DNA of 64,000 nucleotides from Nitrospirota bacterium (GTDB lineage Bacteria; Nitrospirota; Nitrospiria; Nitrospirales; Nitrospiraceae), in assembly GCA_963701855.1 (NCBI GenBank), contig CAVPBK010000006.1:640001-704000 (forward strand). Direction: 5' to 3'. Each line of letters opens with the position of its first letter. Positions within the stretch are counted from its first letter, which is position 1. Of the stretch, positions 29,452-39,782 are shown in pieces. Both the position numbers and the translations under genes were made by a program. The notes under the pieces are model-generated. The model did not search any database, was not told the origin of the DNA, and saw only the letters and a program-made list of their open reading frames with translations.

Positions 29452-30270
29452 CTACACATCAGCCCCGCGTTGCTGTTCAAATGATTTCCAATTCTGCCAT
29501 TCCCCGCCTGGAATAATCGTATTGCCCACCAAACACTGTCCGGAGAACCGTTGAGCGATCAGGTCAGCCAGGAGTGAAAGCAATTGACCAGTACGGCGAT
29601 CCTGCACTCCACGGACCCGCAGCACCACGCCGAACCCTGGCCCATCGAGCGGCCCGTACAACATACAGTGAACCCCTGTGGCATTCATTGTTCCCTGCAT
29701 CGACGCCGGAAGCAGATCCCCTTCCCACTGAATGGAAGGATGACGCCCGGATGACGAAGTAGTGGCCCGCCAGGCACAGGGAACACCCGCCACATCCAGC
29801 TCCGCCAAGAGCCATGTGACCGTCGGCCAATCCGGCATCTCACTTTGAAAGGTCCATTGAGCCACCTGTTCCAGCGACAGGGGTTCGAGGCTCGGCGCCG
29901 CCACTTCCTCCAATTGCGCTTCCTCGCACACCACATAGAGTTCGCCCTGCGGATCGAACCAGAAACGCAATCTCCCGTCGGTCAACTCCGCTTGGATCAC
30001 CCCCAGCGTCGAGCAATCGGCTCCTTCCTGTTCAAAGATCGCGAAATCTGTCACGCCGGTCATCGTGAGTTTCGCGACGCGAACCATCTGACGAATACGA
30101 TAGCGGATCACGACCGTGACCGCGGTCCCCGCCGGCACCTCGCGGCCCGACGCTTCATCCAACAGCCGTCGCTTCGACACCTGCACATCCGTCACATAGC
30201 CCCCGCGAAACCCGCCAGTGTGTCCCAGCAGCCAGCGCAAATCCTCGATATTCACAACATGATATTTCAT
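29452..30270 (-). CDS. Hypothetical protein
   Basis: 272-aa ORF with normal composition. Confidence 0.7.
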   Translation of the reverse strand: MKYHVVNIEDLRWLLGHTGGFRGGYVTDVQVSKRRLLDEASGREVPAGTAVTVVIRYRIRQMVRVAKLTMTGVTDFAIFEQEGADCSTLGVIQAELTDGRLRFWFDPQGELYVVCEEAQLEEVAAPSLEPLSLEQVAQWTFQSEMPDWPTVTWLLAELDVAGVPCAWRATTSSSGRHPSIQWEGDLLPASMQGTMNATGVHCMLYGPLDGPGFGVVLRVRGVQDRRTGQLLSLLADLIAQRFSGQCLVGNTIIPGGEWQNWKSFEQQRGADV

Positions 30271-30380
30271 AATAGAATTGCTCGCGAACTCCGAACGATC
30301 TTAGCAGACTTCAGAAAAACCATTTCAACTCAACAGAACTTCGATGGACAGCACTTCTAGAATGAGAGAAGGGCTCCTCA

Positions 30381-30506
30381 AGGAGAACGCTCAAAAATTC
30401 CGTCCAGCAAGGCCGCAGCGAGCGAAGAGGCGAGGCGTACGCTTCGGTACGTTGAGTCTCTGAGCGATGCGAGAACGCCGCTGGCGGATTTTTTCAGCGT
30501 TCTCCT
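30381..30506. repeat. Family A element
   Basis: Ends AGGAGAACGCTCAAAAA / TTTTTCAGCGTTCTCCT; CAGCAAGGCCGCAG core. Confidence 0.85.
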
Positions 30507-30708
30507 AGAATAAGGGTTGTTGCTGCTTAAGCCCCTCCACCTGACGCTCCAGCTCCTCGACGCGATCCTGCAGGCGGGTATTCTCGATCCGAAGTAAGTC
30601 CAAGCGATCCAAGAGTTGCTCTCGCTGAATCTCCGTCCACTCCAGCGTTCGTTTCAACCCCTCCAGCTCAAACTGGATCTGTTGCTGTTCCTCAGTTGGA
30701 AACGACAT
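30505..30708 (-). CDS. Small coiled-coil protein
   Basis: MSFPTEEQQQIQFELEGLK... with GGAGG RBS. The longer ORF call only extends through a repeat. Confidence 0.75.
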   Translation of the reverse strand: MSFPTEEQQQIQFELEGLKRTLEWTEIQREQLLDRLDLLRIENTRLQDRVEELERQVEGLKQQQPLF

Positions 30709-30723
30709 GTGTCCTCCGACTGA

Positions 30724-30848
30724 CAGGCTGTTGAAATAGCCCGCCAGTTTCGTTCTCGGCTCATCGAAATCCTCAACGTACCCCAGAGGGTACGCCTCCG
30801 GTTTCGACTCGCCTGCGGCCTTGCTGAACGGCCTTTTTGAACAGCCTG
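30724..30848. repeat. Family A element
   Basis: Ends CAGGCTGTTGAAATAG / CTTTTTGAACAGCCTG; GTACCCCAGAGGGTAC hairpin. Confidence 0.85.
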
Positions 30849-31038
30849 CGATGCTGCTGGAACCGCCTATGACTTCCTCAACCCTGCTAGTATAAATCCT
30901 GGAAACCCAGGCGTCCATCACGACTTTCGGCAATGAGACAGCCCTTGCCGTCACTACTGCAACCGTGTATGTTTCAGTCTAAAAGAGCCACAGCCTACGA
31001 ATAGGTATCATTCATCATCGATACACGAGATCTATTGG

Positions 31039-31722
31039 ATGCGCGCAGTCTGTCTAACGCATGTTCCCTTTGAAGGGCCCGGAGCCTTCGCGACGGCACT
31101 GACTGAACGCGGTGTGAGCCTGGAACGTTATCTCGTTCCACAAGACGGACTGCCCAAAGATGCGGGGGATCTCTTGATCGTCATGGGTGGACCAATGTCG
31201 GTGAACGATCCCGATCGGTGGATTGCGGAGGAGACATCGTTTATTCGGTCAGCGCTTCACGCCGGCACACCTGTGATCGGCGTGTGCCTAGGCAGCCAGT
31301 TCATGGCGAAGGCGTTGGGTGCCATCATACGTTCTGGTAAGGCCTTGGAAATCGGCATGACACCGGTTAGGCTGACGGCTGAGGCGAAACAGGACCCGGT
31401 TTTCAGCACGCTGCCTGAGTCATTCGAAGTCTTCGAGTGGCATGGCGAAGTGTTCGACCTCCCCAAAGACTCTGTGCCTTTGGCCGGCTCCGACATCGCC
31501 CCGCTGCAAGCCTTCCGCTATGCCGCTCGCGCCTACGGGCTTCTATTTCATTTGGAGATGGAAGAGAACGGAATTGAATCCTTGTCCCGAGAGTGTGCGC
31601 CGGATCTCACGAAAGCACGCTTGACCGCGCACCATGTGAAAACGGCAGCCCTCCCCCATCTACCGCAACTCCATCAGATGGCCGATCGGCTGATCGGCCA
31701 TCTGCTTGATTCTCGGCGTTGA
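31039..31722 (+). CDS. Class I glutamine amidotransferase
   Basis: MGGPM, GVCLGSQ (catalytic Cys), WHG, FHLE. Confidence 0.9.
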   Translation: MRAVCLTHVPFEGPGAFATALTERGVSLERYLVPQDGLPKDAGDLLIVMGGPMSVNDPDRWIAEETSFIRSALHAGTPVIGVCLGSQFMAKALGAIIRSGKALEIGMTPVRLTAEAKQDPVFSTLPESFEVFEWHGEVFDLPKDSVPLAGSDIAPLQAFRYAARAYGLLFHLEMEENGIESLSRECAPDLTKARLTAHHVKTAALPHLPQLHQMADRLIGHLLDSRR

Positions 31723-31871
31723 TTACCTCCTTGTTCCTGAAGTAGTCTTAGTCCCTTGTCGAAAAACTCGAATGTCATCAAGTCAAACGTCTGCCAGAAT
31801 CCGTATGACTTGAAGACTTGATGACCTGACGACTTTAGGACCGATTGATTTACGAAAGGAGAGCGTCGGAC

Positions 31872-33047
31872 ATGTCTGGTTTTCCCATTGAAGTTGCCAC
31901 GCGAATCAAGACACTGCCTCCTTATCTGTTCGCCGCCATCGATACGATGAAGCAAGCCGCGATTGCGAAAGGCGTCGATATCATCAATCTTGGCATCGGC
32001 GACCCCGACCTGCCGACGCCGGCACCGATCATCGAAAGCCTCGGTAGGGCTGCCAAAGATCCGAAACACCACCAGTATCCCTCGTATGAGGGCATGCTGT
32101 CGTTCAGGAAAGCCATCGCCGACTGGTACAGGCGGCGATTCAACGTGACGCTCGATCCGGCGCATGAAGTCCTGACGCTGATCGGTTCGAAGGAAGGCAT
32201 CGGGCATATTCCACTCGCATTCGTCGATCCGGGCGATATCGTGTTGGTCCCGAGCCCCGGTTATCCAGTCTATCCCGTTGGTACCAGCTTCGCCGGAGGC
32301 ATTTCACACCTCATGCCGCTCACGAAGCAGAACGGGTTTCTGCCTGATCTGAATGCCATCCCGAAAGACGTGGCGAAAAAAGCGAAGCTGATGTTCCTGA
32401 ATTCGCCGAACAACCCGACGTCGGTCATCATGAGCAAGGACTACTTTAAGCGAGTGGTGGAGTTCGCCCAGGAGAACCAGATCATCGTCTGCCATGACGC
32501 AGCCTATTCGGAGATTTTCTACGACGGCAACCCCCCTGCGAGCTTCATGGAAGTCGAGGGCGCGAAGGACGTGGGGGTCGAGTTCCACTCGCTGTCGAAG
32601 ACGTACAATATGACCGGCTGGCGCATCGGATTTGCCGTCGGGCACAAGCAGGTGTTGGCTGGACTCGGCAAGGTAAAGAGCAATCTCGACTCAGGCTGTT
32701 TCCAGGCCATTCAGGAAGCCGGCATTACCGCGCTTAGCCTGGATGATTCTGTGACAGATGGCTTACGCAAGATCTATCAGGAACGGCGCGACACCCTCGT
32801 CCCAGGCCTCAAACAGCTCGGGCTTGAAGTCGATCCTCCACCGGCTGCCTTCTACATCTGGGTCACGGTACCGAAGGGGTACACCTCCGCTTCTTTCACG
32901 GCTCACTTGCTGGATAAAGCCGGAATCGTGACGACTCCTGGCAACGGCTTCGGCGCGCCGGGCGAAGGGTATATCAGGATGACCGTCTGTACGTCGAAAG
33001 AGCGATTGGCTGAGGCGGTGGAGCGAATTAAGAAGGCAGGGTTTTGA
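31872..33047 (+). CDS. dapL: LL-diaminopimelate aminotransferase
   Basis: LPPYLF, LGIGDPD, IGSKEG, PGYPVY, PNNPT, DAAYSE, SLSKTYNMTGWRIG motifs. Confidence 0.88.
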   Translation: MSGFPIEVATRIKTLPPYLFAAIDTMKQAAIAKGVDIINLGIGDPDLPTPAPIIESLGRAAKDPKHHQYPSYEGMLSFRKAIADWYRRRFNVTLDPAHEVLTLIGSKEGIGHIPLAFVDPGDIVLVPSPGYPVYPVGTSFAGGISHLMPLTKQNGFLPDLNAIPKDVAKKAKLMFLNSPNNPTSVIMSKDYFKRVVEFAQENQIIVCHDAAYSEIFYDGNPPASFMEVEGAKDVGVEFHSLSKTYNMTGWRIGFAVGHKQVLAGLGKVKSNLDSGCFQAIQEAGITALSLDDSVTDGLRKIYQERRDTLVPGLKQLGLEVDPPPAAFYIWVTVPKGYTSASFTAHLLDKAGIVTTPGNGFGAPGEGYIRMTVCTSKERLAEAVERIKKAGF

Positions 33048-33148
33048 GGAGACGTCGTTCGTGAATCGTGAAACGTCAATCGCAAGATAGATATTCGCTC
33101 GTTCTTCATTGTGTGACGATTTACGGATAACGCTTCACGAGGCACGCC

Positions 33149-33703
33149 ATGCGCGAGACGGTCTTCATCGGATTTGGCTCAAACGTCGGCGATCGAGTCG
33201 ACTTCTGCGATCGTGCGGTGACGTTGCTAAGCCTGCTGCCGCACTCGCAAGTCGTGGGGATATCGCTGCTCTATGAGACCGAGCCCGTGAACGATCATGC
33301 CCAGCCTGGCACTGGCTGGTTCTTGAACGGCGTCGTGCAGCTTGAGACAGATGTCACGCCGAAAAGTCTCTTAGCTATACTCCGTGAGATTGAGCGTTCG
33401 CTCGGGCGTGATGAGGAAAACCGGTCAGGCCCCAGGACCATCGACCTGGACATCTTGTTCTACGGCCAACGAATCATCAACGAACCTGATCTCGTGGTGC
33501 CGCATCCTCGCCTGCACCAACGCCGGTTCGTTCTCATGCCGTTTAGCGAGCTCGATCCGCTGTTCGTGCATCCGATACTCCAGCACACAGTCAGCCACTT
33601 GCTTGCCATGGTTGCGAGGCAGCCTGAGGTCCACCTCCTCTTTCCTCAGCCTTCGACCCGCTACGGGTCTCGCCCTACTTGCAACCCACCCCCAGGCTCA
33701 TGA
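33149..33703 (+). CDS. folK: 6-hydroxymethyl-7,8-dihydropterin pyrophosphokinase
   Basis: GSNVGDR, YETEP, FLN, GPRTIDLDIL, PHPRL..RRFVL.P. Confidence 0.95.
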   Translation: MRETVFIGFGSNVGDRVDFCDRAVTLLSLLPHSQVVGISLLYETEPVNDHAQPGTGWFLNGVVQLETDVTPKSLLAILREIERSLGRDEENRSGPRTIDLDILFYGQRIINEPDLVVPHPRLHQRRFVLMPFSELDPLFVHPILQHTVSHLLAMVARQPEVHLLFPQPSTRYGSRPTCNPPPGS

Positions 33704-34572
33704 AGATTATCCGCACTGCACGATCCATGGCTGCATGGAGCGCACGACTACGCCGGGAAGGCGTAACCATCGGGTTCGTTCCCACGATGGGTGCGCTGCA
33801 TGACGGTCATCGCTCCCTCATTCGAGCCGCACGATTACGATGTGATGCGCTCGTCGTGAGTATCTTCGTAAACCCGGCGCAGTTCAGCCCGACCGAAGAC
33901 TTATCCGCGTATCCACGCCCGATTGCCCATGATCGTGCATTGTGCTGCGAGGAAGGGGTAGATGTCTGTTTTGAACCGACGGCCCGAGTCATGTATCCCG
34001 AGGGATTCCAAACGACCGTGACGGTGCCGGCGCTCGCGCACCGATGGGAAGGAGCGGCCCGGCCTCATCACTTCGCCGGCGTGGCCACAGTGTTGACGAA
34101 ACTTTTCGGAATGGTGCAACCCCATCTCGCCTTGTTCGGCCAGAAAGATTACCAACAGGCAGTGCTGGTTCGGCAACTTGTGAACGATCTCAATCTCGGC
34201 GTGGCTATTCTGGTGCGCCCGACAGCCAGAGAGCAGGATGGACTGGCCATGAGTTCGCGCAACATCTTTCTCAGCGCCGACGAACGTCGGCTGGCCCCCT
34301 TGCTCTCTCAGGCACTCAGCGTCGGTAGACAGATGATCGTGGGTGGAATGAGCGACGTGGCTGCGATCGAGCGGATCATGCGGCAGACCATCGAACAGGA
34401 ACCCACCATCCATGTCGAGTACCTGGCAGCCTGCGACCCGGACAGTCTGGAGCCTCTGTCCGTCATCTCGGCTCGTGCGGTACTCTTGGGCGCAGTCCGG
34501 ATCGGGTCGATTCGCTTGATCGATAATCTGCTGGTGAAAATGCCTGGTGGAAAGAATTTCGCTACGCGTTAA
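33700..34572 (+). CDS. panC: Pantoate--beta-alanine ligase
   Basis: PTMGALHDGH, SIFVNP.QF, FGQKDYQQ, AMSSRN, RLIDN. Confidence 0.96.
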   Translation: MKIIRTARSMAAWSARLRREGVTIGFVPTMGALHDGHRSLIRAARLRCDALVVSIFVNPAQFSPTEDLSAYPRPIAHDRALCCEEGVDVCFEPTARVMYPEGFQTTVTVPALAHRWEGAARPHHFAGVATVLTKLFGMVQPHLALFGQKDYQQAVLVRQLVNDLNLGVAILVRPTAREQDGLAMSSRNIFLSADERRLAPLLSQALSVGRQMIVGGMSDVAAIERIMRQTIEQEPTIHVEYLAACDPDSLEPLSVISARAVLLGAVRIGSIRLIDNLLVKMPGGKNFATR

Positions 34573-35071
34573 GCGTGGGATCAAGCCCATGACCGACTAT
34601 GAGCCCGAGGACGGCCTGAGCCAAACGGCGATAATGTTCCGGTGGGATCTCCAGGAAGCGGATCCCTATCGATGACGACCGAACGGAACAGACCATCGCC
34701 GTTTCAATACGGATCATTTCCTCCTCCACCGTCGGCTTCAAGATCAATTCGATAAAGGCTCCCTTCGGGAACCCTGTTGTCTGCAGGGTGCAGCCATCCA
34801 TCGAGATATCAGTGATTCGGTTGGTCACGGCCGGCTGTTTGTAATCGAGAACCTGGGCCTCGATGGAGGCCGCCAGGCGTGTATACTGACGCCGATCGAA
34901 CGCTTGCGTGTTGTGGCGCACACCGGAATAGAACGCCCGAAAACGATTCGTGCAGAGCTGGCATCGAAACGGAAACACATTGACGAGGCTCAACAGGCGC
35001 TCGACCCTGCCCTCTTGATAGGTCACGCGGATGAACGGAGCTCCGCAATTTGGACAGTGCAATTCTCTCAT
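34562..35071 (-). CDS. Zinc-ribbon + PilZ domain protein
   Basis: CPNC/CQLC then RRQYTR and DISMDG c-di-GMP-binding motifs. Confidence 0.85.
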   Translation of the reverse strand: MRELHCPNCGAPFIRVTYQEGRVERLLSLVNVFPFRCQLCTNRFRAFYSGVRHNTQAFDRRQYTRLAASIEAQVLDYKQPAVTNRITDISMDGCTLQTTGFPKGAFIELILKPTVEEEMIRIETAMVCSVRSSSIGIRFLEIPPEHYRRLAQAVLGLIVGHGLDPTLNA

Positions 35072-35091
35072 GAACCAGAATGAACCTTGCG

Positions 35092-35469
35092 CTACGCCGG
35101 CCCTTGCTCAGCCACAATCGGTTCAATGCGTGCCGGCGAGTATGTGGCCGGCTTCACCCATTTTCCATCTTCGCGCTTATAGCCACCGATCTTGCTCATG
35201 TTGGACCGATGGACTTCTCGAAAGACCGGCTCCATGTCAATGCCATAGGACACCGCAGTGCCATAGACGACGTAAAGGAGGTCGGCCATCTCCTTGGCAA
35301 TGGAGGAAAGATCTTCTGCCGCGAGAGCCTCTTTCAACTCATCGAATTCTTCCTGAATGAGTTTGACGCGCAGTTCGCGTGTCCGCTCATGGACGACCGT
35401 CGGGACTGGATTGACGACTATATCGAACGTCCGATGGAAGGCTTCTACCATCGCTTGCTCGTCGGCCAT
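35092..35469 (-). CDS. MazG-like/PRA-PH nucleotide pyrophosphohydrolase
   Basis: LIQEEFDEL, KEMADLLYV.YG, EVHRSNMSK, REDGK..KP. Confidence 0.85.
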   Translation of the reverse strand: MADEQAMVEAFHRTFDIVVNPVPTVVHERTRELRVKLIQEEFDELKEALAAEDLSSIAKEMADLLYVVYGTAVSYGIDMEPVFREVHRSNMSKIGGYKREDGKWVKPATYSPARIEPIVAEQGPA

Positions 35470-35479
35470 CAGAAGCTCC

Positions 35480-36871
35480 CTATTCGCTGTCAAACGGCAA
35501 CCCTTTGCGAGAAACGAGTTCCACCGGATCCAACATGGGGATCTCTTTCTCCGACGAGACACCGAGCTCCTTAAACCGGCGAGCCGCCGGCAAGATTCTC
35601 GTTTCGAGCGACCCGATCGCTTTATTGTAGGCCAGAACGCTCTTCCCGAGCGCCTGTCCAACGTCGTTCAAATGTTCGGTCAACACTGCCATCCGCTCGT
35701 AGAGGTCCTTCCCTAACCGCCCGGCTTCCTCAGCATGCTCCGTCAATCGCTCCTGGCGCCACCCGTAGGCGACCGCCCGTAAGAGGGCCATGAGCGTCGT
35801 GGGGGTGGCAAGGACCACGCTTCGAAGGAATCCATCCTCAATGAGTCGCGGGTCATGTTCCAACGCGGCGCCAAGAAATTGTTCGCCCGGCAAGAACAGC
35901 ACGACAAACTCCGGCGCCTGTGCAAATTGATTCCAATAGGCTTTCAGGCTCAACTCGTCCATACGAGATCGGACTTGGGCGGCATGACGGCGCATCCCTT
36001 CGAGACGTTGCTCCTCGGTCGAGGCTTCATGCGCATCAAGATAGCCTGCCAGTACAGTCTTCGCATCCACAATGATCTGCCGTCCACCCGGTAACTGGAC
36101 CACCATGTCGGGGCGAAGCCGGCCGCCGTCGACCGTGATGGACTCCTGCTCGAAAAAATCGCAATGCGCCACCATGCCGGCCAACTCGGCCACGCGCTTG
36201 AGCGTGATCTCACCCCATTGGCCACGGATGGCCGGCGCACGTAATGCCTTCACAAGATTGCCGGTCTCCGACTGCAGCCGCTGCTGCGACTCAGTTAAAA
36301 GCTTGAGATGCTGATCGAGGCCTCCATAGGCCGCTTGCCGCGATTGCTCCAGCTGCCGGAGTTGGTCGTCGTATCGATGCAGCGAATCTTGGAGGGGCTT
36401 GACCAGACTATCGATCGCCTGTTGCCGCTGAGCGAGATCGCCCTTTGCCTCGGACTGGAGCGTTTCGAATGAGCTGCGTGCGAGGTTCAGAAAGGCTTCG
36501 TTGTTCTGTTTGAGGGCTTCGCCGGAAAGCGCTTGGAAGGTCTCGGCCAGTTCCTGCCGGGCCTGGCCCAGCAAAGTCTTTTGTTCGTTGAGATGGAGTG
36601 CAACCTCAGCAGCCCTCGTCTCCGCCACCGCACGGGCCTGGGAGGCATCTGAAAGATCCTGTCTGATCCGGTCAAGATCGAGGCGATCCTGCCCCGCCTG
36701 TCGGCGCAATTCGTCTGCCAGCGATTCTGCCCGCTGTGCCCGTTCACCGATAGTCAGCAACTGTGTCTGTACATTCGCGCGTACGCGGGACGCAATCCAA
36801 AAACCAACGATCAGCGCGCCGAGGATGGCTCCGACGAGAACCCCCGCACCGAAGACCGTGCCATCAATCAT
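35480..36871 (-). CDS. rmuC: DNA recombination protein RmuC
   Basis: RGQWGE, LRPDMVV.LP, VDAK, FLPGE, ATPTTL. Confidence 0.93.
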   Translation of the reverse strand: MIDGTVFGAGVLVGAILGALIVGFWIASRVRANVQTQLLTIGERAQRAESLADELRRQAGQDRLDLDRIRQDLSDASQARAVAETRAAEVALHLNEQKTLLGQARQELAETFQALSGEALKQNNEAFLNLARSSFETLQSEAKGDLAQRQQAIDSLVKPLQDSLHRYDDQLRQLEQSRQAAYGGLDQHLKLLTESQQRLQSETGNLVKALRAPAIRGQWGEITLKRVAELAGMVAHCDFFEQESITVDGGRLRPDMVVQLPGGRQIIVDAKTVLAGYLDAHEASTEEQRLEGMRRHAAQVRSRMDELSLKAYWNQFAQAPEFVVLFLPGEQFLGAALEHDPRLIEDGFLRSVVLATPTTLMALLRAVAYGWRQERLTEHAEEAGRLGKDLYERMAVLTEHLNDVGQALGKSVLAYNKAIGSLETRILPAARRFKELGVSSEKEIPMLDPVELVSRKGLPFDSE

Positions 36872-37026
36872 GGGTGACCGCCCACGTCATGCCGCCGTCC
36901 CATTTTCGACCCAGTTGTTGGATATTGCGATAAGGTAAGAATGGGTATGGAGAATACGAAAACTCCCTTGAAAGGTCAAGGACACAACATGCTAGAGACA
37001 TTCAGCCCTATAACATCGCATCATAA

Positions 37027-39687
37027 TTATCTGGATGGTTCCGGCCTCGCAGACAATTCTCCTCCTCGCCCTTGGACAATGATCTCTCCTCGCTCCGCAT
37101 CCAAGCTGACTCGATCTCCTTCCTTGAGTTTGGTGGTAATGCCAGGCACATTTGCCACTGTCGGCAGTCCGTACTCGCGGGCAATAATGGCCCCGTGTGA
37201 GAGTGTCCCGCCCATTTCGGCGACCAGCCCCGCTGCCACGCCAAACAACGGCGCCATACCGGGGTCGATGACCGAGACCACAAGAATGTCGCCACGGCAG
37301 ACTCGGCTCCAATCCTCCATCGATCGGACGAAGCGAACCGGCCCCATGACCTGCCCCCCACTGATGGGAATACCGTGCAGTATCCCCTCCGAAGCCACAA
37401 CGGAAGATGCGTCCGCGCCTCGGACCATATCGTTCCAATCCTGAATCGTATCTGGAACACTGATCGTGGCGTAACGATCTCTCTCGGCCCTGCGAGCCTG
37501 AATGATTCCTTGCCAATGACTCGACCCTGTGGCTAGCAATTCCGGGCGTTCCTCGATCTTGAAGTAGAAAATATCCTCCTGCGACGAGAGTTGCCCCCGT
37601 TCGACCAGCCATTCGCCCAAACGAAGCAGGAGGCTACGTACCGCTGCCGAGTAGTACATCAGATGATGTCGATTCGCCTCCCGCAGGGCGAAGAACCGGC
37701 ATAGCCGTCGATACCACCAAGAAAAAATGGCCCACCGATGGAGTCGCCATCCGAACCTGGCGCGAATCTCTGCAAGCGCCCGTTCCCGCACCATTGTTTG
37801 GCGTTGAAGAATGTCTGCCGGGGCAACGCCGGCAGGAGCCAGAATCTGCGTCCGCAATACCGTCAGCAACACCTCCGGTCGATCTGCGAACCGAGGCGAC
37901 ATGACATCTGACTCACCGACCCCTCGGTGTCCGTAGTCTTCGAGATACCGGTTAAAAGCACTGAGAACTTCAGTCCCGCCAAGCTTGCGACAAACCTCAC
38001 CCGGATTCCATTCCTCTGCGGTGAATAGCGAAGTCACTGACGAGTCTCGCCGAACCATGTCCACTATTTCCGCCAACCGGACAATCTGTTGCGCGCTGAT
38101 CACCGCGGCCTGACCCTGCAGCGCCCCGTTCAGCAGAGCTCTCCAATCTCCGCCTAGCCAGCGAGGCAGTACACCGCCTAGCGCTTGCAAACACTGCGCG
38201 ACCCCTCCCGCAATGCCGAACGTCAGCTCGCGTTCATCGAGCCATTTCGCGATGGTTTCGAGGCGCAGGGCGATGTCTTCACCTGAGAGAGACCGAAGCC
38301 GATCGGCGCGCTGCTCTGCGGCCATTGCTTTCATCTCCGCAAACCAGGCCGGCCCATGGCGCACAGCCTTTCTCATCTCGGCCATCATCACGACGCCGGC
38401 ACGGGTGAGCGAGAGCCACCCGATCGGTCGGGTCTCCGGCGGCCTGGCAAGGATTTCCCCTCCCATCTGCTCTACCAACAAGGACGGATCTCCCCGCAGT
38501 TGTGCGACGAGGGAATAAAACAGTGTCATATTGATGTAGGGGCGTCCCTTGAAGGTGCGAACCGACGAGATCCCTTCTGGAATCTGGCACCCCATACGCC
38601 GATAGGGTGAAAGAATGTAGCACTCCATGAACTGCTCGAGAAACGACAGGCCGAGCGGGCTCGGCAACTCCGGCATCGTCTCTTTGAAATTGGCGCGCGA
38701 CCATTCGCAATCATCATTGGTCAACTGCGTGGATCGAGTCAGAGCCGTGATGGGGCGGGCTTGAAGCAGCCATAGGCCACGATCGTCGTAGAGCCACTCG
38801 ATATCCATTGGATGCCCGAATGTCTTTTCAATCTGCTTGGCCGTACGGGCCAGGTCAAACAGTTGGTTGTCCGACAATGTTGCGCGCCCAACTGCATCAT
38901 CCGACAGCGGCACTTCGCAAAGCCCTTGGCCCGTCATCCGTAATGCCTGGGTCTGCCCAACGATGGTCCGTTCGCTGATCCGGTTGGGCTGACTGTTCTC
39001 AGCTGTCTCAACCACATACTGGTCCGGCGTTGCGCGCCCATCAACAAGGGATGCCGCAAGCCCTGCAACCGCATTGACCATCACCTGGGTTGTTCTACCT
39101 GTGAGAGGATGGACGGAATAGGCAACGCCAGCAGCGCTCGCCTCTAACAGCGGTTGGATCACGACGGCCATCGCGGGAGGCGCTCCGATCAATCCCGACG
39201 CCACATGATAATTCAAGACTCGTTCATCCCAGATCGACAGCCATAGATCCTTCATCGCCAAGCCTATTTCCTCCAGTTGGATGCCGAGGCGCGTGCGGTA
39301 GACTCCGGCAAAACTCGCATGTGCTCCATCTTCGTTTGTTGCCGATGACCTCACTGCCCAGAGCCCAGGCAACGGCAGCTTCAGCCGGCGCACCTGTTCG
39401 ACGATCTGCGAGGTCAGTTCAACGATGTCGTGGTTCTGAATGATGGTGCGAGAGCGGGAAAGTATCTGCCGGCGTTCAGCCCCGGAGGAGTGCAGAGCCG
39501 CCCGCCACTGTTCCTCTTGAGAAAAATCCTGCGCGCGAAGCGCCTGATCGTAGGCCTCCGTCGTCACGCAGAATCCTGGAGGAACGGGGAATCCTGCGGC
39601 GAGCAGACGCGCTAAGCCTACGGCTTTCCCCCCAACAAGAGATGGTTGTGTGCAGGCTTCCAAGGGAAGAAGGAGAGGGAGATCCAT
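37027..39687 (-). CDS. PEP-utilising/PPDK-type phosphotransferase (rifampin phosphotransferase/PigC-like architecture)
   Basis: VGGKA, AVRSSA..ED...SFAG, DIEW, LQARPIT (ATP-grasp); C-terminal GGTLSHGAIIAREYGLP phospho-His domain. Confidence 0.88.
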   Translation of the reverse strand: MDLPLLLPLEACTQPSLVGGKAVGLARLLAAGFPVPPGFCVTTEAYDQALRAQDFSQEEQWRAALHSSGAERRQILSRSRTIIQNHDIVELTSQIVEQVRRLKLPLPGLWAVRSSATNEDGAHASFAGVYRTRLGIQLEEIGLAMKDLWLSIWDERVLNYHVASGLIGAPPAMAVVIQPLLEASAAGVAYSVHPLTGRTTQVMVNAVAGLAASLVDGRATPDQYVVETAENSQPNRISERTIVGQTQALRMTGQGLCEVPLSDDAVGRATLSDNQLFDLARTAKQIEKTFGHPMDIEWLYDDRGLWLLQARPITALTRSTQLTNDDCEWSRANFKETMPELPSPLGLSFLEQFMECYILSPYRRMGCQIPEGISSVRTFKGRPYINMTLFYSLVAQLRGDPSLLVEQMGGEILARPPETRPIGWLSLTRAGVVMMAEMRKAVRHGPAWFAEMKAMAAEQRADRLRSLSGEDIALRLETIAKWLDERELTFGIAGGVAQCLQALGGVLPRWLGGDWRALLNGALQGQAAVISAQQIVRLAEIVDMVRRDSSVTSLFTAEEWNPGEVCRKLGGTEVLSAFNRYLEDYGHRGVGESDVMSPRFADRPEVLLTVLRTQILAPAGVAPADILQRQTMVRERALAEIRARFGWRLHRWAIFSWWYRRLCRFFALREANRHHLMYYSAAVRSLLLRLGEWLVERGQLSSQEDIFYFKIEERPELLATGSSHWQGIIQARRAERDRYATISVPDTIQDWNDMVRGADASSVVASEGILHGIPISGGQVMGPVRFVRSMEDWSRVCRGDILVVSVIDPGMAPLFGVAAGLVAEMGGTLSHGAIIAREYGLPTVANVPGITTKLKEGDRVSLDAERGEIIVQGRGGELSARPEPSR

Positions 39688-39782
39688 TGAAATGGATACT
39701 ACCTAGCAGGCTGCGGAAAAACAATTTTTGATCTCTGTTTGTCTCCGCAGATCAATTATCCATAAGGATTTAAGCACGGCCC

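Noticed and set aside
30709..30954. N-terminal extension of the 30505 ORF
   Set aside because: It runs through a family A repeat; a good RBS precedes ATG 30708.
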